NCBI GenBank assembly: GCA_002189035.1
Contig: NEEC01000016.1
Coordinates: 1,550,001 to 1,614,000, forward strand
DNA from: Utricularia gibba
Taxonomy: Eukaryota; Plantae; Magnoliophyta
Reading direction: 5' to 3'
DNA: 64,000 nt
Shown here: piece by piece, positions 11,155 through 24,831 of the stretch
Position numbering within the stretch: position 1 is the first letter of the stretch
Layout: each line of letters starts with the position of its first letter
Translations under genes and position numbers: made by a program
Notes under the pieces: generated by a model
Databases searched by the model: none
Told to the model about the DNA's origin: nothing
What the model saw: only the letters and a program-made list of their open reading frames with translations

Positions 11155-12549
11155 TCCCTAATCAACAAAGGATACAAAATAAGAATAGAAATCTGAAAAT
11201 AAAGAAATGGAAAACAGTTAAACAAACATGATATTAACGATGAAAAACGTAGCTAAACCCAACTAAATACATAATTATATGAAAAGACAACTTTTCATAA
11301 TTAAACCCAACTTAATATAAAATGCATACTGCATCAACAAATGCATAGATACCAACTTATATGCAAGTTGCAATAACAAGATTACCAGATTTTAAGCCAA
11401 CGAATTCTGGCCTTTCAAGAGCGCAACGACACTGATAAGAAGAGCCTTTATATGCAACAAAAGATGATGTAAACTAGTTAGGATTGCACACTTATATAAT
11501 AGATACCAACTTTTAAAGAAAATCATATTGCATAGATTCATTCACATCCATACATAATCTATATCAATTATTTAAAATAATTAAAAAAAATTGCTTCACC
11601 TACAAAATACTCATTGTTTGATGTGTCGCCCCAAATTTCAAATTTTAAGTATTTTAAAAATGACAAACGAAATAAGTTATGGATGTATTTCAACGACACC
11701 TACGCATTACATGTGTTTTGAATGTACCTTCTCAAAATCTAACCATTCTTACATTATTTTAAAAAATGGCAAGAATTTATTATACATTTATTTATTCTAA
11801 ACCCTTGATTAAACTATAAATTAAAAATTTTAGTAGTTTTTGTTCATAGTAATGAAGTTTATCATCACCCAGATTGCAGCGTGTTAAATAATCAAAATTC
11901 ATAAAACCCACGTTTTTTTGTAAACATATATTCAATATTTTTTTTATAAAACATCATAATATTTGACATTTACGTAAAGAAAAAGATACATTCGTATATC
12001 ACGTAAGTTTGAATGATTATTTATAAACTTTAATGTCAATATATTGCTTTTTAATAATATATTTGTAATTTAAAATTTTTGAACCAGTTTTTATAAATAA
12101 AAATTTGTTACAAAAATATTTTTTTATCTAATGAATGTCAATTTGAATTTTAAATCATTTAATAAACAATACACATACGTAAGTATATTTGAGAGTGTTT
12201 CCATAAATTGTTTTGGCCGCCTCTACAAAACGCAATGTTACATATGTCCCGTCGAAAATTTCACATTTGCAACATATTAAAAAGGTGGGAATCTTTCAAA
12301 TATTTCATTTACCCTAAACCCTAAAACCTTAAAAACCCTAAACCACGAAGTCGAAATTTATGTTTTTTAATATGAATGGTTCTTAATGATAACGTTGGAT
12401 CATTCTATCAGATATTCAAAGAAAAAGAAAAAATTCTATCAGATATTCCATAAAATGTTGTGACATTTTCAATGATTTTAGCAATAGAAAAACCATTATG
12501 TGGTGACGTCAATTCTTGAAAAACTAAAATTCGTTTTTTCATACACCAA

Positions 12550-12910
12550 GAATTATCTACCCAAGAACAATATAACTCTCATTGTTACAACATTTCCAAC
12601 CATCACAAGTTAAACAAAAATTACAATGCAGAGGTTTAAAAGTAGAAATTAAAAAGTCATGCATGTTTTTAAAATCCTCAAGTGCCATATGATATGCGAT
12701 TTTCCTAAAAAAAATTTTGTATCCCGGTTGAGCTTGTTTCACGATTCGGAATTGTGAACAGTACGGTTCACACACGGGTCAGAACCGTCAATTTCACGGT
12801 TCCAATTATGTCGAACTGAACCGGAACCGCACAGACATCCATCCCTTGAAATCGAACCGGAATCGATGGTTTCAGTTCGAACCGTGGTTCCGAGACCGAA
12901 CCCACCTCTA
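12550..12910 (-). mobile_element. hAT element end with a transposase fragment (element may extend left to about 8750)
   Basis: The terminal cccacctcta at 12901-12910 is TAGAGGTGGG on the minus strand. Dense AACCG/CGGTT subterminal repeats at 12720-12900. FCLTCDGWKCCNNESYIV matches the hAT segment at about 48700 (FGLTCDGWHDINDENYLV). Confidence 0.65.
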
Positions 12911-14169
12911 ATTGTAATTCATTCAATAAAAAAAAACAATTTTTAATGAATTATATTTCAGAACCAATACGTCTCGCTGAGTACACTTATATCCGTGTAC
13001 TATAAATGTATCTCATATCCATTTTTTACTGTTATAAGTAACAAATCCAATGATCCAAGTTGGCCCGTATCCGTACCTTGGTTCCATTGGATCGAGTTTG
13101 ATGGTGTGGTCATGGAAGTCATGAGACTTCTCATTCGCCTTCAACCAACTGCTTTTGTTGCTGTCTTGTGTAACAGTTACACATTTTGTAGATATTTCAC
13201 TTTGTACACTGTTGAAAGCATGTAAACTTCTTTGAATGTTTGGAAACTCAGAAGCCAGTAGCATGTTCCTTCCAATGAACACAAGGGAGTTATGGAATCA
13301 TATACTACAAGCACCAAGAAACATGAACTTGAACTGCTTGTTCATGGCTGTAAGTTGCACCTCCTTCTTGTCGAGTAATGCCGTCAATCCCACATTCTCT
13401 TCGATCGCTTCTGCATCTTCTCATTCTCGGACTGTGTATTTTTGGCCACCAATTTGAGATATAGAAAGATACTCTATGATCAAGCTTCAGAATATTCGGT
13501 AGCCAGAGCAACTGAACAATAAAATATTTGAAGAATCCATATAACATCTTGCCCCGATCTCCCGAATAATGTATAAATCAAAGAAAATACACTTTTCGTC
13601 CTAGTTGACAATAAAGATGTCATCTTGATCACCCAAATTTCAACAGACACATGCAAGAATGATGGAAAAATGCTCAAGAATTCTAAAACTCATCCAAAAG
13701 AACAATAACGTCGCAGTCAACCAATGCACAAACAATGTATGGGTAACACATATCAAAAAACAGTGTAATTGCAACTAACCCTTCGAAGTTCTTCTCGATC
13801 TTCTGAAAGTGCTTCTTCGACTGTTTCAGGGTTTCCCTTATTCTGATGACACGATTGACGCGGTTGAGCTCCTTGTTCTCAGAAGCCCTTCCTAACGAGC
13901 ACTTTCCTCGACTAAACTCTGAACCGTGTGCCTCATCTCGCTCAACATACTGTTGGTCGCAATCGTGATCTACTGCATATCCTCTAGATTCAGAGACATG
14001 GATCCCCTTTGCCCTTCGTCCCTTCCCCGGTCAAAACTCCAACCCACCGCTATGTGCGGTAAATATTAGGATCAGTTACAAATCTCTTCCATTTGCACGC
14101 TTACTTTCAAAACCTGTTATACATAGTCCGCCCAGAAGCCCACTTGGCCCCTCACCATAATGTCTCCCG

Positions 14170-17100
14170 TGAAGATATGTTGTGCAGTTGTTTGGAGCAA
14201 CGTTGGTGCTTGAGCTTCGGAAGTAGATTTAAGAAAAAAACAGTTTGCAACAAGTAAGACTTGGGAGTATTTAAACTACTTCCTATGAAGGAGTCGACCG
14301 TTGCGGTAAATAGTGGGCTTCATATGATGATTTGGATCTTTGGGCTTTTCTAGGTTGATGTTGGGCCGCATTCTCTAGTCGACCCAGGGTTCACTCTCCT
14401 CCAGAATCGCAGATAGACGCTGGTGAGCTGAGTTCTTCGCGACGGAGTGCTGATGCAGCACAATCTAACACTCCCCCTTGCTGCGAAGCTCTGTGTTTTC
14501 AGTGGGGCATTCCTTCATACCTATCTAGTCTCTTAGGTCAGCAAATCGCTTGGGCGCTAGGAATTTCGTAAGTAGGTCAGCAGCCTGTTCTTCAATCCAA
14601 ATATACTTGAACGCGATTTCTCCATTCGATACAAACTCTCTAAGAGCATGATAACGAACTCTGATATGTTTGGTCCTCCCGAATTGCGTTGGATTTTCGC
14701 CTAGGGCAATTGCTGACTTATTATCTATCCAAAGTGTGGTAGCACCGTGGGTTGGTAGGTCAAGATCTTCCAGAATTTTCCTGAGCCATATGGCATGTTT
14801 TGCAGCTTCCACTCCAGCAATGTATTCCGCTTCAATGGACAATAGCACAGTGATGTCTTGCTTCCGGGATGCCCAGCTGAAGACTCCCGATCCGAATGTG
14901 AAGAGGTAATCGCTTGTAGTCCTTGAATCCTCAAAACTACCTGCATAGTCGGAGTTAGTAAATTCAGATAAATTCATACCTGTGCCCTTTTTGAATGCTA
15001 GACCATAGGCTATCGTTGAGTTCAGGTATTTGATGATCTGCTTGGCCGTGTCCATATGATGTTTGTGAGGATTCCGCAAGTATCGGGAGAGGTAGCTGAC
15101 ATAAAAACAAATGTCAGGTCTGGTAGCAGATAGGTACATAAGCGAACCGATCAAGCTACTGAAGATTTTATCATTTGCAGAAGCTTCTTCGTCGACTTGG
15201 TCAGACTTCATGGCAGGTACACTAACAGGTTTCGCATTACTCATGTTGTATTTTTTTATGAGATCAGTAGTATATTTGCATTGGCTTAGGTAGATACAAT
15301 CAGGAGTGTGCTTGATCTCTAGCCCCAAGAAGTAACTCATTGTTTGTAGATCGCTCATCTCAAATGTAGTCATGAGTTGCTGTTTTTTCTTGAATCAGCA
15401 GATAGTGGGCATTTCCAGTAAAAAGAAGGTCGTCGACATAGAGAGACACAATGAGGTACTTCGTTGCCTTCTTCAACGTATAGAGTGTGATGTCATTTTT
15501 GCTCCTCTGAAAGCCCCTTGAGTGAAAATGAGAGTCGATTTTGGTATACCAGGCCCGTGGTGCTTCCTTTAAACCGTATAGGGCCTTATGGAGTAGCAGG
15601 ACTTTGTTTTCTGCTCCTTGTTTGACAAATCCGGGAGGCTGTTGAACATATACTTCCTCTTGTAGGGCCCCATTCAAGAAGGCGCTCTTGACATCCAGGT
15701 GAAAAATGTCCCAATGATTACAAGCAGCCAATGCTATCAGTAATTTGATGGTATCAAGATGTGCAACAGGGGCAAAGGTCTCACTGAAATCAATCCTAGG
15801 TATTTGAGAATACCCCTGAGCTACTAGACGAGCTTTCAGCTTGTTCATGGTCCCATTTGCATTTAGCTGTGTGTGGAATATCCATTTCACACCTATTATT
15901 CGACTATTGGGAGGCTTGAATACTAATTCCCATGTGCCATTCTTTTCAATGGAATGTATTTCAGATTCCATGATGGCTTTCCAACCCGGATCCTGGTGGG
16001 CAGAACTCCAGTCAAGAGGTTCCTAAGCAACTAAGCAGCGATCATATATCTGGCTGATGTATCAGTAACCTTGCGCAGGTGCTTCCCCATCTTCAATATA
16101 GGAATCAGTGTCGACTGGTTGCTGGTTAGTGGTGTAGCTGCTGGAGACGTTGAGCTGGTGACGGGAGTAGGAGAATTATCCCTTAAATCATCATCTGTAT
16201 CAGGAAAAGGCTCTTTAAACAGGTCATTCCATGTATAGGAAGCAGGTATATTTTCTGGAGACCAATCCAGCATTTTTGTTCATCTACTAAGACAGATTAT
16301 GATTTTTTGTGTCTCCAAATGCAGTACTCGATATGCCTTAGAGACATCGCTATACCCTAAGAAAATCCCAGTATTTGCCCATTTAACCAGTTTTCCATGG
16401 CGTTTTTCTGGAGGCACATAAATGTAATAGAGACTTCCAAAAACGTGCAGATGTTTCACTTGAGGAGGTGTCCCATACCAAGCTTCATATGGTGTTTTGT
16501 TAGGTAAAGAGGAGGTAGCACACCAGTTCAGAATATAGATTGAGGTATTTGCTGCTTCGCCCCAAAAATAGCTGGGTAAGCTTTTTTGAAACAGGAGACA
16601 CCGGCTCATGTTCATGATGGTCTTGTTCTTACGTTCTGAGGTTCCATTCTGCTGCGGAGTGTACGGGGTAGTTAACTCATGCTTGATCCCTTGAGACTCA
16701 CATAGGGTAATCAGCTCGGTGGGTGAGTATTCTCTACCGTTATCAGTTCTGAGTTTAACAATCCGTTCTTTGGTTTCATTTTCAATTGCAGATTTGAAGA
16801 GCTGGAAATAGTGAAGGACTTGAGATCGATTCTTCCAGAGGAAGATCCGGGAAAATTTGGTAAAATCATCAATGAACAGTAGGAAGTACCGGTTGCCACT
16901 TGGAGTTGCACAGTTCATGGGGCCACACACATCAGAGTGCACAAGTTCCAATTTTTGAGAGCTTTTCCAGGTTCGGGATTCGAACGGAAATTTGCTCATC
17001 TTTCCTTGCTGACATATGGAGCATACAGCTGTGTCATGTTTCAGTTCTGAGATCCCATCAACCAGCTTGTGCCGCTGCATGTGAAGGTTTGTTGACATAT

Positions 17101-18874
17101 GTGCCCAAACCGTTGATGCCAAGTTTCTGTCGTTAGGCTGCTTAGACATATGGCATTCCTGTCACTGGGAGAAAAATTGATAGGATATATTCTGTGATGT
17201 CACTCTGCCTTAAAGAGTACTTTTCCTATTGAGTCTTTAGCCGTGATGGAAGTACTGTCGTGTGTATAGTTAATATTTTGATCCTGCAATTGGCCATAAC
17301 TGATAAGATTGTGATGTGCTCTTGGCACATAGTACACGTCTCTAATGATTTTTCCAGATATGGAGATATTGCCGATTCCAGCAGGGATGAGTTTTTCTTG
17401 TCCAGCAGCTTGCAGAATTCTTATTTCTGATAGAGATTCAGGGTTTGAAAGCAGGTAATATCATAAGTCAGGTGGTTGCTGCAGCCACTGTCTAGGTACC
17501 ATTGCTTGTCTTTTGTGCATGATTCTTCATTTGCAGATAGACTGGCGTGAGTTTCAGTAATAGCAAGAACCATATCGCTCATATTCTGGGAGATTTCGGA
17601 GATACCAGCTACTACTAATAACTCTTTTGCCTTTCTTTTTTTCAAGACAGACCCCCTCAATATGTCCTGTGGCAGAGCAATGGGTACACTTGTTTGAAGG
17701 ATTCCAGAAGCAGTCTTTGTTGAGGTGATTTTTTCCTTTACAGAATTGGCAAGGTGGGTGAGGTCCTCTTTTCTCCGTTTTCGTCCCTTGATTTTGGCTT
17801 GATCTATAGTTCATGTATGCAGCTTGGAGGATTTTTTCTTGGGGCTTCTCTTGTTCTTCTAGCATATTGATCCTTTGTTCTTCACCCTATAGAGTGTTCA
17901 GTAATTCAGATGGTGTCAAATTTGTGAGACTCCTTGTAGCAATAAGAGCACTCACTACCGGGCTGAACTTGGAGGGCATACTTGTGCATATTTTGTTAAT
18001 AACTCTCTCGTCATCGACTGTTCCTCCTAGTAGCTTGATTTTGATAATAGGCTTGTTGAGTTTGTCTGCAAATGACTGAATAGAGTCTGAGTTTGATATT
18101 TTCACCAAGTCAAATTCCCTCCAAAGGTTTAGTCTTTCTGATTGTCTGGAATTTTCGGTTCCTGAAAATTCCACTTCTAGTATTTTCCAAGCTTCCCTTG
18201 CTGTTTCGCAGTTTACAATCATCAAAAACATTTCATCTGTAAGTGAGCCATGAATTGCAACCAGCACCTGCGAGTTAGCCATTGTCTCTTCTTTGGTGAG
18301 TTCTCTTGTTTTTCCTTCTTTGTCTGTGGGTGGATCTTTGGTTACTATGACCCATAAACCAAGAGCTTGCATGTAGCATTTCATTTTAGCTGCCCAAATA
18401 AGATAGTTCTTTCCATCGAACGGGGGTGGTTGTAGCGGTATGAAATTGTTTGTTTTGTTGCTCATGTTGTTCCTGCGTTGTTAGTGAGATAAAGATGAAT
18501 GTAAGGATGTGTGTCGTCGTGTGGTGTGCTATACCTGATTTATTGTTCGAAATTGGGCTCTGATACCATGAAGATATGCTGTGCAGTTGTTTGAAGCAAC
18601 GTTGGTGCTTGAGCTTCGGAAGTAGATTTAAAAAAAAACAGTTTGCAACAAGTAAGACTTGGGAGTATTTAAACTACTTCTTATGAAGGAGTCGACCATT
18701 GCGGTAGATAGTGGGCTTCATATGATGATTTGGATCTTTGGGCTTTTCTAGGTTGATGTCGGGCCGCATTCTCTAGTCGACCCAGGGTTCGGTCTTCTCC
18801 AGAATCGCAGCATCACATAGATGCTGGTGAGCTGAGTTCTTCGCGACGGAGTGGTGATGCAGCACAATCTAACA
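14170..18874 (-). mobile_element. Full-length Ty1/Copia LTR retrotransposon, frameshifted gag-pol
   Basis: LTRs at 14170-14470 and 18569-18874 (TG...CA, about 96% identical by eye). TSD TCCCG at 14165-69 and 18875-79. PBS TGGTATCAGAGC at 18557-68 and PPT next to 14471. Domains in Copia order: gag (FDGKNYLIW), Zn knuckles, protease (WYLDSGCSNH), integrase (HSDVCGP, TDNGREY, PQQNGTSERKN), RT (YVDDLL) and RNase H (TKHIRVRYH). Confidence 0.97.
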
Positions 18875-18879
18875 TCCCG

Positions 18880-20085
18880 TACCCGCACCAACTTGGTCAA
18901 TTCTCTGAGTCCCATGACCCCATTTCCTTTCAAGATGGATATTTATGTGCTCCAGAGTTTTGACTTTCATCATGTGAATTATCCAAAGTTTCTGTTTGTT
19001 TTGCTATGTAACCACTGAAACATAGTGCAGACATGGGAATTGGGATCCCTTTTGGTGAACGAAAATTGTGAAAAAGGTGTCGTCTTTGGTCTTCACTGCA
19101 GAAAAAATGAAGAGGGGGGAGATTGATTGAAGATTTGGGTCCACTTCCCAAAGAGGATCGGTGGCCCTTAGCTATCATCCTAATGTTTCCTCCCTGAGAA
19201 ACTTCACTTCTGTTCGGCCTTTGATTGCACTGTTCTTCAACGATTTTGCTCTGATCATTAAACAATTTGGCAAATGGAGGAGTCAAGGTACAGTTCAGAG
19301 AAAATTCCTATTGAGATTGCATGCCTTGTGGAGTTAATCATGTGTGTTTTGCTTTTGCGTATCATATCAAATCCCCAACATTTTCTGATATGGAGTAACC
19401 TACGCTGGAAGAAACTAGGGAGGTGTTGGGTTTTAAAAATGGTACCTGTTGACAATGAAGACTAAAAAGTTCCAGATTCACACATGGAGATGCAGGGAAG
19501 TAATGTTTTGTGGCAGCTGAGATTTTCTCCATATGGATTGGTAGTCTCTTTCTGGGTATTAAAAAGTTGCAGAAAGGCAATGAAATTGATACAAACACAG
19601 AGAGGACCAAATCTTCAAAGATTTCGGAAAAGAGGGAGATGATTGCAATCTCCTTACAAGAGGAGGTGTGCAATAAATATATGCAGAGAAAGAGGGAGAT
19701 CTGTGTAGAAGCTGTGCGTGTTCGAGGAAGGAAACTCGCACACAACGTAAAAGCATCCCCATTAACATATGTGGAGTCCATGCATCTGCTCTGTTTGAAG
19801 AACATTCTCGAGAATGAAGGACATGGCTGGCCGGCCCCCCTTTAATGCTCACTATTGCAACATCATTTGCCTTATGTAGATTACGATGAAATTCGTTGGT
19901 TTCTCCGCAGTTTTGTGAAGCCATCATATCAGCCACCAGCAAGATGGGGTGCGTAGAAATGGATAGTAGTGACAATGCATTTATTTTCTGGAGGTGTGTG
20001 CACTGTGTTGATGCTTCTGAGCCTCGCGGCAATGAACCAGACGCGTCCACCGCCGGAGCTTGGCCTTTCCGGCGAGGCAAGACAT
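18880..20085 (-). pseudogene. Unidentified degenerate gene-like sequence interrupted by the Copia element
   Basis: TATA-like cataaatagg at about 20230 on the minus strand. ATG at 20085 opens a basic, transit-peptide-like start (MSCLAGKAKLRRWTRLVHCRE). Composition is coding-like, but there are many stops and frame changes. The family was not recognised. Confidence 0.3.
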
Positions 20086-21224
20086 GGATATCAACATTGG
20101 AAGACGCATGTAAATTACTTGGGACGAATTATTTCCTGGCCGGCCGGAGCTATGCCCTTAGGAGGATGGGCGCCTTTAGTTTAGTTCCCTTGGAAGACCG
20201 CCTTTTCGAAAAGGAGCGACGCCTGCGTCCCTATTTATGCGTAATTTATTGATTCGGAATAGGTGTTTTTTTTAAAAAAAAATTCAATTTAATTTTTTAT
20301 TAAATGTATTTTATAATACTTGATTTGTAAAATACTCACGTAATTTTTTCAATCATGTTAATGAAATTTTTTCTGTCATAGTTAACTGTGTGTTTAAATT
20401 TTTTCATATATTTAAATTATATATAATTTTAATTATAATATGTTAAATAAAAATCAATCAAATATTAAATAAATATTTTATAGATAATATAAGTCAATGA
20501 GATTATTTATGATTTCTCAAAGAGGTGATGTGGCTAAATAGAAAAATTCTATTAATCTTATATTAGTTATTGTTCCCATAAGATTATAATGTAAAATTGT
20601 AAATGTTAAGTATTAGAAATGAATAATAGCGTATAAGCCAATCATGAATCTTAATATTTGATAACAAAGTGAAACTTGAGCTTGTGCCATAGTGAAGGTA
20701 AATTCAACGAACAAGTTGAATGTCTAAGAAGGAGATAACGTAAATTTAAAAATCTAATGACGGAATAGTTTTAATTTGATTTTATAATAATTTTATTTAA
20801 ATGAATATTTGATAATAATTATAAATTAAATCAATATTTTAATGTATAGTTAATTTTAAACTTATTCTATACATTTATTGAAAATAAAAAGAAATAATAT
20901 ATTTTATTTTAAATTTTAATATATAAAAATTCATTTATCAAATATATTAAAAATATTTTATTTAATTATATAATTAGAATTCAGATGAATTATTGTTATT
21001 ATTATTATTATTTTAGTGAGGAGGAGGGAATAGGGATGTTGGGGTTGTCAACGTCAGCAGTCTTTCTCTCCCAGATATCTCTGTGATCGCCGAATCCCGA
21101 CTCCCATGTGCCCCACGCCTCTCCTTCCTCCTGTTCCTTCCTTCTTCTTTATATATTGAGCACCCCCGTTTTCCGAATCGCAACTACTGTTGTTTTAATT
21201 GGTATTCTAGCCAGCTTACAACGC

Positions 21225-22053
21225 ATGGCGGCGCCTAATGACGACGGCGGTAGCGGCGGCGGCGGATCAGTAGCCGGCCGTCAGACGAGCACAAGGTGGA
21301 CGCCAACGGCGGAGCAGATTCGGATTCTCAAGGATCTTTATTACAACAATGGCGTACGGTCCCCGACGGCAGAGCAGATTCAGAGGATCTCCGCGAAGCT
21401 GCGGCACTACGGTAAGATCGAAGGCAAAAACGTCTTCTACTGGTTTCAGAACCATAAGGCTCGTGAGCGCCAGAAGAAGCGCTTCACTTCCGTCCCCCCT
21501 CCGCCTCTCCCTCCCCCGCCGCACTCTTTCTCCGATCATCTCGCCACCGCCGCCAAGCTCAACGCACCCTTTTCGTCTTCAGGTTTACACACATTTCTTT
21601 TTTTTTTTCACCTCCTCCGTGTTCTTACGTTTTCTCCCTGTAGGTGGATTCGGAGGTCCCTTAGCCATGGAGATGAAGTTCAAAGTAAGCTGAAGAACAA
21701 CGCATTATCAAAATAACAAATCTTCATCTTTTTCTTCTCATAGTGCATGCTTCTCTCGACAGGAGTTCTGCGTCACTCCGGGAGGCGTTTGTACTCCCCA
21801 GAGCTTGGCATGGAACCCCTTCTCCTCCTCCTCCGCGTGCTTCCCTCCGCCGGCAAGGGAGATCGAAACACTGCCGCTGTTCCCGATCCAGGATGAAATG
21901 GCGTGGAAGTTGGTCCCTGAGGGCGGCGCGTCGAGTGTCCCCGGCGAGGGCGCGTCACTGGAGCTCAGCCTGAGCTCCTCCTCCGCCTCCTGGTACCATG
22001 ATGAAGCATGTCGTCTTCCAAATCCGGCCTTGAAACCCCATGCCCACAGTTGA
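21225..22053 (+). CDS. WUS: WUSCHEL homeobox transcription factor, about 229 aa
   Basis: Exons 21225-21582, 21644-21684 and 21763-22053. Homeodomain [61 protein letters not shown] has the WUS-specific extra Y. Also AMEMKF, WUS-box TLPLFP and EAR-like SLELSL. Confidence 0.96.
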
Positions 22054-24831
22054 TGCGAAGCTAACGTTACTTGTATGTTTTGGTCATGAGTATTATGAAT
22101 ATAAGATATGATACTAAGGGTTGTGGGTTGGCGAGGGGAGGAAATGATTGGAATGTTGAAAAATAGAGTGAAGTGGTGATGGGAGGCCCAAAAAGCTGAA
22201 TGATTGATTCATCAACACACTTGTTGCATGTCACTTCCCTTCACCTTTTCCAATACCCCTAAAATCCTCATTTCAACCCCAAAATATTTTCCAAATTTCT
22301 ACTATTTAACAAAATTCTACATTTAATTATTATTATTTAATTAACATTAGAAGTTTAATATAAGTAATGGGTCCTCATTGTTTGACGTACTACTAATATT
22401 TAGTTTCTAAAATTTAATGTATCAAATAAATTTAGTTATTGATTGATTTAAAATATTTAAAAAATAAGTATATATAGTTTTTATTATTCTGGGAAATCGG
22501 CGATGATGGTTGATTTTGATAATGAGGATCAATTTTGTCATAATAAAAAAAATAATTGTACATAATTTTTTAAATAATGAAGATGAATATTAATTTTTTA
22601 TGAACTAATCATCAACCATGCCATTTGAGAAGACACCCAAATTTGCAATTTTCAAACTTTAATAAAGTGAAGTAAACCAAATATTGAATACCCAAACAAA
22701 AATGCAAGCATGGGAACCCCTCAATAATTGAGGATTTTTATATAGTTTTAAAACTAAAAATAAAAGTGAGTTTCGAAATACACCATCATTAATTATTTTA
22801 TTGTGTTATCCTCTGCCGTAAGGTTTGGGGATGATGCAGTTGAGGAACTGAATTGTCTCCTCTGGCGAAAGTTGAGGAAAGCGTTGCAGTTACAGAAGTC
22901 ATGTGGCGTATTCCGATGGGACTGAGACAGACAAATTCATTTTCCCATTCACATTCCTGTCTCCGCTTCCGCACAAAAAGCAGGGAGATGGAGAGAAGAC
23001 AATCGAATGCAACACGGTGGAGAGATGGGCGGTTGTTTGTTTGTGTGTGGGGGGGTTCCAGGACCAGGAAATGGTGTGGGGATTCAATCGGACTGTAAAG
23101 CATGTCGACTTTACATCCTGTTCTGGGCAGCAGGGGGGATTCCGAATTCAAAACGCACACCAAAACGTCAAGATCGCAGAGATTCTGTGTACCTTTTGCG
23201 GTTCATATCTTTGAAACTTTAGCAATCTTGAGGTACACGCACGCCCCATCTTGAGTTTTTGGAACCAGAGCACGATGATGATGATGATGATGAGTGAGTG
23301 AGTCGCAGCAAAGGAAATGATGTCATGGGGTGACAACAAACAGACATGTAACAGCTACTCTTCACCTGCACCCAATCGCAATCTTGTCATCAACCAGCTT
23401 CTGTAAGTGCAGATGGGCTGCGCAGACAGCAAATGCGAGGGTATATAGAGAATGCTCAGCTTCAGTTGCAGTATCTCCAGTATACGAATACCGAAGCCTT
23501 CGACTGTACGCATCATCTACAGGAGATGCCGGTTTCATTCTGCTGCTTCAAGGCAATCATCCCTTTTCATGGGAATGCCAGCAACTCTGACCGCCCGCCA
23601 TTGCAGCACTGAAAGACGATTCACTGAGCCTTTTCCACATGGAAGCTCCAACGACAGCAAGTAACGGGAGGACATCCTGCATAATATATCAACGGACCAG
23701 TCAGTATCTTTATTGAGCATTGGCAATTGAATCATTTTATTATTTCCATATAATTGTAGGTAAAATAGGTATAACTGTTATTTTACCATCAAGTAGATCA
23801 AAATTAATGAACGTATTAAACTTAGATAGTAATTCTATTTAATCGAATAAATAATTAGTGATATAAACTATACGATGCATCCGACCATTCTCGCTCAACG
23901 CGCAGTACGCCACCATGGTGTCACTCGACATCCCAACATATATGAAGCTTTTGATAAAAAATTGTTTAATAATAAGTTGTTTATAAGTTATTTTTATTGA
24001 TTATAAATTGTTTATAATTTATATAATTATTTTATTTAATTCTATAATTGATTTTAAAATAATAAATTTAAGTTAATTTTATAAATATGAAAAAACGTAC
24101 ATATTTGTTTTTTTCAAATTAATTGAATTATCGTAATTATCAAAATATTCATATTTATTATACCAATTTAAAATCAAAAAATTACTTACCTTTATGTTTT
24201 TACTTAGTTTTCAACATTCTCTCCTCATCCTATTATCACCTTTTATTCAAAAGCTATTTTTGTGTAATTTCATTCACTTGTGTTATTTAGACATTGAAAT
24301 TCAGTATTTAACTTGTAAATCTTATGATTTTATAGTTCTTATGATTTTAGTGATTATTTTGATAGTGATTTAAAAAAACTTTGTTTTTTAATATTATTTA
24401 ATAATAAGAGGTAAAATAGTATTTAACAGAAAAATAAATTAATATATTTAAATTCTAATAACTTAATTTTTAAATTTTTAATAAATATATCAGATCAAAC
24501 ACTATGTACTCATAATTGATTTATGAATTTATTAACTTAAAAAAATCAATAATAGTAAAAATCATACAAAACACCCAAAATGAAAACTGCCAATAGCTAT
24601 TATTACCTAATGCTGAGATGTTTGTAAGAGGAAAAAAAATTAAGCGTGCGTCCTCTCCCAGCGTAAGCTTCAAGTTTGGAGACACCTGGAATCCAGAAGG
24701 AAATCTGAGAAGCAGGCAGGAGGCTCAAACTTTTCAACTTGAAACCTGCATTCCAGAAGAAAAGAAACAGAACCACCATCTCATTATATGTGCTGAGTTT
24801 AGTGCGAAAAATGGTCTGTTTCAAGATTGAC

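Noticed and set aside
12311-12345. Telomere-like accctaaaccctaa motifs
   Set aside because: Only two or three degenerate units inside TE-like DNA; not an interstitial telomere array.
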